NCBI GenBank assembly: GCA_030431975.1 | Contig: JAUIHP010000007.1 | Location: 66,554 to 130,553, forward strand | Direction of reading: 5' to 3' | DNA length: 64,000 nt | Origin: a bacterium | Lineage (GTDB): Bacteria; Eisenbacteria; RBG-16-71-46; CAIMUX01 | Shown: positions 45,931 through 53,964 of the stretch, in pieces | How positions within the stretch are numbered: the first letter of the stretch is position 1 | Layout of the letters: each line of letters opens with the position of its first letter | Position numbers and translations under genes: made by a program | The notes under the pieces: generated by a model | Told to the model about the DNA's origin: nothing | Database searches by the model: none | Seen by the model: only the letters and a program-made list of their open reading frames with translations

Positions 45931-48696
45931 TCACCGAAGAACGACGCTCTTCGTCTTTACCGTCGTTCCGTCCGAGACCCGAACGAAATAGACGCCGGCA
46001 GGAGCGCGTTCCCCCCGGTCCATCCGTAGATCCCAAAGCAGCTCGTGCCGCCCACCTTCGGCGGCATGAGTTCCGAGATGACGAATCCGCCGACCCGACG
46101 CGTCGTGCACGTCGGCCTGGACCTGGGCGCCGCTCTCCATCTGGAAGGCGATTCGCGTCGGGCCGTCCGCGGGGTTGGGCCATAGAGGCTCGAGGAGCAG
46201 GCCGGATCCGTCCGCGAGGGAAGACCCGATGCTGGAAGTCGGAGCCAAGGAGTTCGGGTCACCCGGGTCCGTTCCGTCGTCGAGTTCATCCCGATCGTAA
46301 CGGCCGTCCAGGTCGCGATCGACTCCGAGACGAAGTTCCGTTCCCGGATAAACGGCTGTGACCGTCATGGCCCGGTCGTCGTTGGCCAAGGCGAGAAGTT
46401 CTTCCGTAGTCAGACTGGGTTCATCGGCGCGATCGGAAATCCAGGATCCTGTCGCGAAGTACCATCCGCGATGGTCTCCCGCCAGATCCCGGCCCTTGGC
46501 GATGAGCCCGATCTCGTTGGACGAGGCCACCGTTTCGACGATGTCGACAAACTCGGCGATGTCCGATCCGCCGGGCTGACGCGTCGTCCACTGCGCACCG
46601 ACAGCGGCGTGGGTGCCGGTGTCGAAACACATCATGAACGCATCGACGTGCTCCCGATCGAAAGGAGTCTGAAAGTTGAAGCGCGGGCGTTCGAAGAACC
46701 GCACCAAGTCTCCGACAACTCCGTCGTGAAGAAAGCCGAAGCCGCGGACGTTGGTATCTGCGCTCGGATCGAAACCGGTTTTCTCGTAGATGTTCCGAAG
46801 CTGAGGGACATCGAGATCCTGCTCGCCGTTGAAAACTTCGCGAGGGATAACGATTCCGTTCTGCCCGAACGGCAACGTGTGGCAACCCGTGCACTCGATG
46901 CCGCCGAAGAGTCCGCCTTCTTCAAAGAGACGTCCACCGATCGTCGGATTCGGGCCGACCGCGGGGTTGGGGAGTGAGCCGTCGAGATTGCGGTTCGGAT
47001 TCGGCGGATAGGTCAGGGAAAAGATGAAGCTCTCCAGATCGGCAAACTCGGGGCTGATCAGGCTCTCGCTTCTTCCCATCAGGGAGACGAACGCGCCGTT
47101 GAATTCGCCCAGGATCTGGCGGTCTCCGCGCCAGTGGAACGGCTCGGTTCCAGGGAGTCCGCGAAGTGTCTGCGTGACCAGAGGGCCCTTCATCGGGTGG
47201 AACTCGGAGCCTCCGGGACCGCCGTCCAGAAAGCCCTGGGGGTCGCCCAGATCCCATGCCGTGTGATCGGTGCCGCCGTAGACATGGCAGCTCGCACAGG
47301 AGAGGTCGCCGTGTGACGAAGAGTTTCGTCCGTCGTAGAAGAGCCTGCGGCCGGAGTGAATTTCGGCGGGGACAGGATCGAAGCCGACACCGACGGAGGA
47401 TACGAGATCGTTCGAAAGGTCGACGACATCGACGGCGCCGGGGATGCGTCTCAGAACATACAAGCGGTCACGCGCCTCGTCCAAGGCGACGCCCATTGGC
47501 CCATACCCGACATCGATTCGGCGTTCGAGAACTCCGTCGCTTCCCAAGACACCGACCTTGGACGATCCGAAAGCCGCGACGTAAACCGTCTCTCCGTCTT
47601 CGGAAACCGTGAGGTGGGCAGGAAAGGACAGGCTCTGCTCCCGCTCGAGTTCGTTGCCTTCGGAGTTCGAGTAGTCGATGTGCGGATTGAGGTCGCGCGG
47701 CTCGATTGTTCCCAGGCTTGGATCGATCACCGTGACGCGATTGTGCGCAAAGGATCCGCTCAGATTGGGCTCGAAACGAATGTGATTGAGAGCTTCCTGA
47801 TTGGAGACGTAGAGCCGACCCGAAGGACCGACCGCCAGACCGAGCAGCGTCGTTCCGACGTCGGAGAAAACCTGCGGATAGGTGAAGTTGTTCGTGTCGA
47901 CCGCGAGCACGTCATAGTCAAGCAACGTGTAGGGCACATACGAGTCCCAGGAAGTTCCTGCTTCGTCCTTCCAGCCACTGCCGTCGTGGCGAACGATGAG
48001 ACTCGTCAACGGCGCCGGCGGCAGCTCGAAGTTCATCGGCGGATCCGGTGGCGGCGGACCACCGCCGTCGGCGACGTCCGTGTGCTTGACGATCGTCGTC
48101 TGGTTTCCGCTGTCCATCGCGGAAACGTAGACCTTGGAGCCATCGGGGGAGACGGCGAGGTTGAGCGGATTGCTCATCGGAAGGTCGACCTCGACCGGCG
48201 GCAGTTCCAGATTCTCCGGATCGAAAACTCGCAGTCGATCTTCTTCAGAGACACAGACGAAAGCCCGCTCCGGTGATCCGGCAAAGACGACGTCGGTCGG
48301 CTCGTCCCCGACCCGAAGCGTATGACGGATCGACCCTGTCTCGGTGTCGACGATCGAGATGGAGTCGGAAAGGTGGTTGACCACCCAAACCTCGCCGGGC
48401 TGCCGCTCCCGGACGGTCACGGGTTCGAGTCCAACGAAAACTTCGAGCCGGCGTGTCGGCAGATCGCCGGACGTCAGGTCAAAGACGACCAGGCGATGGT
48501 CCGCCGGATGCAGCGCGTAGAGAGAGCTTCCGTCGGAGGACATCTCGATGGGGTGGACGATCGGAGCTTCGAACTGCGGGCCGTCGACCGCATTGGCCGA
48601 CTCCGGGCAGAAAGCCATTCCGAGCACGAGAGATGCTGGGAAAGACAGTCGGAGTGCGGCGTTTGCAGCACGGGCAATCGCTTCGATGTTTCGCAT
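45931..48696 (-). CDS. Secreted YVTN beta-propeller / di-haem cytochrome c protein with FlgD/T9SS-like C-terminal domain
   Basis: Signal peptide; VGLEPVTV, VVNHLSDSISIVD repeats; two CxxCH motifs (CASCH, CTGCH); DRDLDG..D..E Ca-binding repeat; PNP...DVHDASGRRIRHL...WD...GVYFVRV tail. Confidence 0.88.
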   Translation of the reverse strand: MRNIEAIARAANAALRLSFPASLVLGMAFCPESANAVDGPQFEAPIVHPIEMSSDGSSLYALHPADHRLVVFDLTSGDLPTRRLEVFVGLEPVTVRERQPGEVWVVNHLSDSISIVDTETGSIRHTLRVGDEPTDVVFAGSPERAFVCVSEEDRLRVFDPENLELPPVEVDLPMSNPLNLAVSPDGSKVYVSAMDSGNQTTIVKHTDVADGGGPPPPDPPMNFELPPAPLTSLIVRHDGSGWKDEAGTSWDSYVPYTLLDYDVLAVDTNNFTYPQVFSDVGTTLLGLAVGPSGRLYVSNQEALNHIRFEPNLSGSFAHNRVTVIDPSLGTIEPRDLNPHIDYSNSEGNELEREQSLSFPAHLTVSEDGETVYVAAFGSSKVGVLGSDGVLERRIDVGYGPMGVALDEARDRLYVLRRIPGAVDVVDLSNDLVSSVGVGFDPVPAEIHSGRRLFYDGRNSSSHGDLSCASCHVYGGTDHTAWDLGDPQGFLDGGPGGSEFHPMKGPLVTQTLRGLPGTEPFHWRGDRQILGEFNGAFVSLMGRSESLISPEFADLESFIFSLTYPPNPNRNLDGSLPNPAVGPNPTIGGRLFEEGGLFGGIECTGCHTLPFGQNGIVIPREVFNGEQDLDVPQLRNIYEKTGFDPSADTNVRGFGFLHDGVVGDLVRFFERPRFNFQTPFDREHVDAFMMCFDTGTHAAVGAQWTTRQPGGSDIAEFVDIVETVASSNEIGLIAKGRDLAGDHRGWYFATGSWISDRADEPSLTTEELLALANDDRAMTVTAVYPGTELRLGVDRDLDGRYDRDELDDGTDPGDPNSLAPTSSIGSSLADGSGLLLEPLWPNPADGPTRIAFQMESGAQVQADVHDASGRRIRHLGTHAAEGGRHELLWDLRMDRGERAPAGVYFVRVSDGTTVKTKSVVLR

Positions 48697-48954
48697 TTAC
48701 GAGTCCTGACTGCGGAGAAGTTCCTCGAGCTTCAAGAGGCCGACGAGGATCGCTTTGGCCTGGCCCTTCAGGGCATAGCTGCGCGACAAGCGCGTCCGAC
48801 GAGTATAGCTTATTCGGTGGTGTGCCCGCGTACCCGATCGGGTCCCTTCACGGGGTTCCCCCAAACGGCCGTCCCCAAACGGCACCCCCCGCGGCCGCGC
48901 CCAACTCGTGAAGCCGTCAGCCCGTCCGAAGCGGCGATCGGCCAGAATCAGCCA

Positions 48955-49054
48955 TCTTCGCCGACTCCGCTAACCTCGCCGACGCCACTGAATTCGCAGT
49001 CTCCGCCAAACGCCGCAATCTCCGCCAACGCCCCCACCTCCGCCCCACCTCCGC
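48955..49054. repeat. Degenerate C-rich tandem repeat (~18-bp period)
   Basis: tcttcgccgactccgcta / acctcgccgacgccactg / aacgccgcaatctccgcc / aacgcccccacctccgcc, downstream of the S9 peptidase stop. Confidence 0.5.
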
Positions 49055-51057
49055 TACATACGAAGCTCTTCCAAGGGCGCGAAGTCATCGGCCGGCTGAA
49101 ACCCGAACACCTTGGCATAGAATAGATACTCGGCCTCCAACGCCCGGTGGATGTTCGCCGCCTGACGGAATCCGTGTCGCTCTCCCTCGAAGACGACATA
49201 GGCATGCGGAAGCCCCTTGCTCTTCATGGCTTCGACCATGGCCTCGGCCTGCGAAGGTGGGACGACCTTGTCTTCCGAACCCTGCAGCAGAATGACCGGG
49301 CACGAAAGTCGATCGACGAAGTGGACCGGAGACCGCTCGTAGTAAAGATCCTTCCGTTCCGGGTACGGACCGATCAGTCCGTCCATGTAGCGCGCCTCGA
49401 ACTTGTGCGTGTCGCGGGCCAACGCTTCGAGTTCGGCGACCCCGTAGTGTGAGGCGCCGGCGGCAAAGACATCGTGAAAGACAAGCGCGCACAGGGTGGT
49501 AAAGCCTCCAGCGCTGCCGCCGCGAATCGCCATCCGCTTTCCGTCGACTTTGCCTTCCGCTTCCAGGTACTTGGCGGCGGCGATGCAGTCGTCGACGTCG
49601 ACGATGCCCCATGTTCCTTTCAGTCTCTCTCGGTAGGGCCGTCCGTAGCCGGTGCTGCCGCCGTAGTTGACGTCGACGAGGGCGAAACCGCGGCTGCTCC
49701 AGAACTGCGCGGCGTAGCTCAGTTCGGATGTCGAGTACGCCGTGGGGCCTCCGTGGCTCTTCACGATCAGCGGTGGCCGTTCGTTGTCGGGCCCTTTGTG
49801 GTCCCGTGACGCTGGCGGGTAGTAGAGAGCGTGGGCGGTGCGGTCACCTGTGGTGGGAAACTCGATGGGAACGGCTCGGCTCAAGAACTCGGAATCGATT
49901 TCCGGGCCGCCGCTGTTGCGGAGAATGTGGATCGATTCGGGAAGGCGCGCATGCGTACCCAGGGCATCCGGAACGTCGAAAACGGCGACGGCGGGAGCCT
50001 CGGTCGATGAGGCGACGACGAAGGCGAGTCGACTCTTTCCGTCCGAGACGATCGTCCCTCCCCGTCCGTAGTAGGTGTACGGGAAGGGAATCTCGGTCAT
50101 GACGTGGCCCGTCTGCGCGTCCGGCTTCGTCAAGTCGACGATGGCGAGATGGTCGAGACCGTTTCGCACCACGATGCATGCCATTCGGTCCTTCGAGAGA
50201 AATGCGTAGTGGGAGAGGCCGAAGACCCACTGCGGTGTTCCGATCTCTGCGTCGACCGCGGTGACTGGTTCGACCTTTCCGTCGACCCGACGATAGACAT
50301 TCCACCAGTCGGTCCGGTCCGAGACGAAGTAGAGGGTTCCGTCTTCATGCCACTGCGGTTGGAACACCGACTCTTCGGGCCCGCCCGCGACTCGTGTTAC
50401 TTCTTCGATCCCGTCGTCGGTGATTTCCGCGAGCCAAAGCTCGGTGCCGTCCCATGGCATTTGCGGATGATCCCAGGTCGTAAACGCGAGTGTCCGGCCG
50501 TCGGGGCTGACGCGCGGAAACGAGTAGAAGTCATGGCCGCCGGCGACTCGTTTGGGCGGTGCACTTCCGTCGGCGGGAATGCGAACGAGATCGTTGACCG
50601 GCTCCCCGCTCTCTCCGTGCGTTTCGCGTACCGCATAGATCCACGCGCCGTCAGGCGAGACATCCATGTCGGCGTAGCGAACGCCGGCCGGACGATCCGG
50701 CTCTGGTGTGATGGGCGTCGACTCGATCTTGCCTTGCGACGTTCGAGTCGACCGGTAGATCCGCTGGTCGGACTCCTCGACATAAAAGACCCGACCGTTG
50801 TTTGCGACATACGCTCCGGAGCCATATTCGTGCACGCGACTGGACGCGGATGCTTCCTCGGGAATCAGTTCCCGAATCTGATCTCCGCTTTCCGACGTGC
50901 AAATGACCTGGCGACCCTTTTCTTCCGGACGCCCTTCGGACCAGAGAATCCGATCCCCGTCGAAACGCACCATCGAGAACGACCGGCCGCCGGCTGTGAC
51001 GACCTGCGGCGTGATCGGGGAAGTCCAGGATCCGTAAGGTGTGGTTTGACGGGCCAT
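49054..51057 (-). CDS. S9-family (prolyl oligopeptidase-like) peptidase
   Basis: PYGSWTSPIT start; HGGPT, GGSAGG (catalytic Ser), QGSEDKVV (Asp), GERHGF (His). Confidence 0.95.
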   Translation of the reverse strand: MARQTTPYGSWTSPITPQVVTAGGRSFSMVRFDGDRILWSEGRPEEKGRQVICTSESGDQIRELIPEEASASSRVHEYGSGAYVANNGRVFYVEESDQRIYRSTRTSQGKIESTPITPEPDRPAGVRYADMDVSPDGAWIYAVRETHGESGEPVNDLVRIPADGSAPPKRVAGGHDFYSFPRVSPDGRTLAFTTWDHPQMPWDGTELWLAEITDDGIEEVTRVAGGPEESVFQPQWHEDGTLYFVSDRTDWWNVYRRVDGKVEPVTAVDAEIGTPQWVFGLSHYAFLSKDRMACIVVRNGLDHLAIVDLTKPDAQTGHVMTEIPFPYTYYGRGGTIVSDGKSRLAFVVASSTEAPAVAVFDVPDALGTHARLPESIHILRNSGGPEIDSEFLSRAVPIEFPTTGDRTAHALYYPPASRDHKGPDNERPPLIVKSHGGPTAYSTSELSYAAQFWSSRGFALVDVNYGGSTGYGRPYRERLKGTWGIVDVDDCIAAAKYLEAEGKVDGKRMAIRGGSAGGFTTLCALVFHDVFAAGASHYGVAELEALARDTHKFEARYMDGLIGPYPERKDLYYERSPVHFVDRLSCPVILLQGSEDKVVPPSQAEAMVEAMKSKGLPHAYVVFEGERHGFRQAANIHRALEAEYLFYAKVFGFQPADDFAPLEELRM

Positions 51058-51123
51058 CTCGTGACTCCTTCGCTCCGGTTTGCGGCGTCCATGACGACAT
51101 CCGCTGCGCCGCATGCTGAGGTG

Positions 51124-51945
51124 TTAGTGATAGTGGGTTGGGTCCTGCCGATAGAACTCTGCCAGCTCCTGATAGAGTTCCGGCTTGTTCTTCCGGAGCC
51201 GTTCCGGCTTCTCGAAGAAGAACTCGGTTGCGACGGCGAAGAACTCCGCCTCGTTGGTTGCGCCGTAGCTGTCCAACAACGTCTTCTTGCCGGCTTCAGA
51301 CCGGGAGCGAAGAGTCAGAAACTCCTCTCCCAGTACGCGGGCCCAGCTACGGTACCGATCCGCCGAAGGGCCAAGGTTCGGCGTTCCGTCGGAACGGCCG
51401 TCCGCCTGATCCAGTTGGTGGGCGAACTCGTGGAGGATGACGTTCTCTCCATCCTGGTCATTCACCGCTCCGGCCAGTGCATTGTCCCAGGAAAGGATGA
51501 CGGTCCCCTGATGCCAGGACTCACCGGATCGGACGGCATGCCCGGAATCCGAATCGCGATGCCCCTTGCCGGTGAATGCCGTGGGATAGACCAGCACCGT
51601 GCTCAGCTTCGGATACGGCTCTCCCACCTGACCGCGGCCCAGAAGAAGGACACAGGCCGAGGCCGAGAGGGTGAGGACGATCTCTTCGGTGATCTCGAGA
51701 CCACCGGCTCCCTCGAAATGCTTCGTTCCCCGAAACACCTGGGTGAGGCCCTCGAGCTCGTGCTGACGTTCGGGAGGCAGCGTTTCGTAGATGCCGACGT
51801 TCTTCCGAACGATCTCGCGCTCCGAAACGGTGAGCGGAGTCTGCCGAAGCAGGCGTAGGTGTTTCGTTTTGGCGGCGCGGCGGCGCAGCCAGAAGACGAG
51901 AATGAAAAAGGTTGTTCCGATGAGAATCCACAGAGGCTGAGACAT
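51124..51945 (-). CDS. M90-family zinc metallopeptidase (MtfA-like)
   Basis: GESW..G.VILSW, NVILHEFAHQLD, YGATNEAEFFAVATEFFFEKP. Confidence 0.93.
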   Translation of the reverse strand: MSQPLWILIGTTFFILVFWLRRRAAKTKHLRLLRQTPLTVSEREIVRKNVGIYETLPPERQHELEGLTQVFRGTKHFEGAGGLEITEEIVLTLSASACVLLLGRGQVGEPYPKLSTVLVYPTAFTGKGHRDSDSGHAVRSGESWHQGTVILSWDNALAGAVNDQDGENVILHEFAHQLDQADGRSDGTPNLGPSADRYRSWARVLGEEFLTLRSRSEAGKKTLLDSYGATNEAEFFAVATEFFFEKPERLRKNKPELYQELAEFYRQDPTHYH

Positions 51946-52316
51946 GGGCGCTATGGTAGTCGACGCGGTGCGGAATGGCGATGGCAGGAGTTGACTTAAG
52001 GAGCACTTCCAGTCTCTTCCTGTCCGTGCCGTCACGCTGGGCGACGACTGGGCGAGGAATCGTTCGGAGTGAGCGGTACGGGTTCGGCGCGCCGTCGACC
52101 TTGTGGAGATGGGTCGGTACGACTTGTGAGACTCATGGCCTTTCAGGCTGAGGTGCCTGGCAATCCCTTAGGTATACGATCATCGACTTGCCCGGAGTCA
52201 TCTTTCACTGCAAAGTAGATCACGAAGGGTATGGCGGTGCACAACGACGTTCGAGCCGCAGGTCGAAGAGTCGAGCCTGGGAAGTCGCGGGTGTGGCCTC
52301 CAAAGAGGGAGGGAGC

Positions 52317-53912
52317 GTGCGCAGAAAACTCTGGATCCTGGGTCTGGCGCTGCTGACGAGTTGTGGAGACGACGACCCCGACACCGTTCCTCCAGGTGCG
52401 ATCCAGGATCTCGCCGGAGCCCGAACCGGCGTCGCGGGAGAAGTGAAGCTTACTTGGACGGCTCCAGGTGATGACGGCTCGGACGGTACGGCATCCTCCT
52501 ACGATATCCGGTACTCGCCGACGCTCTTGAACGGTTCCTCGTGGGACAACTACAACATCGTTTCCACAACAACGGCTCCAAAGGCCGCAGGTAGCTCTGA
52601 GGAACTCCTGGTTCAGCTCGAGAAGGGATCATGGTTCTTCGCTGTCCGTGCCCGCGACGAAGCCGGGAATCTCGCAGACATTTCGAACAACACACGGGTG
52701 ACGACCCAGGACACGCTGGCTCCTCCTGCGATCACGGACCTCGCGATCGTGGATCGGACGACTAGATCGGTCTCTTTGACTTGGACTTCCCCCAAGGACA
52801 CCGGACCCGAGGCTGCGGTGGCCTCGTACGAGCTTCGGTACCACACGGAGGCTTTGGACGAGACGTCATGGCTGGAGGGGATGGTGGTGGAGGGGGTTGA
52901 TGCGCCCCAGAAACCTGGCTCTGAGGAGTCACAGTCGGTTGAAGGCCTGACTCCGGGCGTTCTGTATTGGTTCGGGGTTAGATCCACGGATGCGTTCGGA
53001 AACGAGTCCGCGCTTTCCAACGTCGTGCAGGTTGCCACGACTGTTCCGAGCCTGGAGCAACTGACGATGAGTCAAAGAACCATAGGTGCCGTTTACCCCG
53101 ACTGGTCGAAGGACGGAACAAGGATCGCGTTGTCCGCCGATTGGGCGACCCGGTTTGTTTCTCAGGTGTACGTAACGGATCCGCAGGGATCTAACTTCAA
53201 CCGTCTTACGACTCAGCCCGACGGCACGTTCTCTCTCCGCTGGTCGCCGGATGGAAAGCAGATTGCGTTTGTCGGTAGTCGTCCCGACGGTAGAGATACC
53301 TGGCTGGAGCTTTGGACCATCTCGTCGACACCGGGCGGCGGTCCTCCTGTGTTGGTTGCAGGGCATCCCCCCGACCGAGTTTCCGGTATGGCCTGGTCCC
53401 CCGACGGTTCCAGAATCGCATACGCTTCGATTTCCGGCGCGGGTCCTTTGGACCCTGCTTCCTCGAACATCTTCGTTGTCGACGCGGACGGAAACAACGA
53501 AGAGACGTTGCTGTCAGTGGCGGGAAGCGTTGGCTCTTTGGATTGGCACCCAGACGGAACCTCCATCATTTTCGATAATCGCCCCACTGGAGAGGAATCC
53601 GACATCTGGAGCTTGGCCATTGGGTCCTCAACGCCGACCAGACTTACAACCCATCCCGGGCTCGACTTTGGACCAAGATTCTCTCCCGACGGAACGCGAC
53701 TCGCATTCTCCTCGGATCGGGCAAGCGGAAACCCCGACATTTGGATTATGAATGTGAAGAGCGGTGAACTCGTACAGGTCTCGGTCAGTGAGAACTCTGA
53801 GAGTGCCTCGACATGGTCCCCTGACGGAAATCGGTTGGCTTATAACTCGTTCGATACGTCCCGACTTCTCTCAGACATCTTCATTCAGGACGTCGGTGAC
53901 CTGTTGCCTTAG
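52317..53912 (+). CDS. Lipoprotein with two FN3 domains and a TolB-like (PD40) beta-propeller
   Basis: Lipobox LLTS-C; LTWTAPGDDG..GTASSYDIRYS FN3 x2; repeated WSPDG motifs; GGAGGGAG before GTG 52317. Confidence 0.88.
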   Translation: MRRKLWILGLALLTSCGDDDPDTVPPGAIQDLAGARTGVAGEVKLTWTAPGDDGSDGTASSYDIRYSPTLLNGSSWDNYNIVSTTTAPKAAGSSEELLVQLEKGSWFFAVRARDEAGNLADISNNTRVTTQDTLAPPAITDLAIVDRTTRSVSLTWTSPKDTGPEAAVASYELRYHTEALDETSWLEGMVVEGVDAPQKPGSEESQSVEGLTPGVLYWFGVRSTDAFGNESALSNVVQVATTVPSLEQLTMSQRTIGAVYPDWSKDGTRIALSADWATRFVSQVYVTDPQGSNFNRLTTQPDGTFSLRWSPDGKQIAFVGSRPDGRDTWLELWTISSTPGGGPPVLVAGHPPDRVSGMAWSPDGSRIAYASISGAGPLDPASSNIFVVDADGNNEETLLSVAGSVGSLDWHPDGTSIIFDNRPTGEESDIWSLAIGSSTPTRLTTHPGLDFGPRFSPDGTRLAFSSDRASGNPDIWIMNVKSGELVQVSVSENSESASTWSPDGNRLAYNSFDTSRLLSDIFIQDVGDLLP

Positions 53913-53964
53913 TGTCGGGAGGTCGTACCGTTGCGCCGGGGTTGCGTTCTTGGAAAACGGTCGT

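Noticed and set aside
50104..51858. Long antisense ORFs (e.g. 50104..51858, 20687..22267, 62053..63756, 27051..28553, 13918..15402)
   Set aside because: Shadow frames of well-supported genes in high-GC DNA, with no recognisable motifs.
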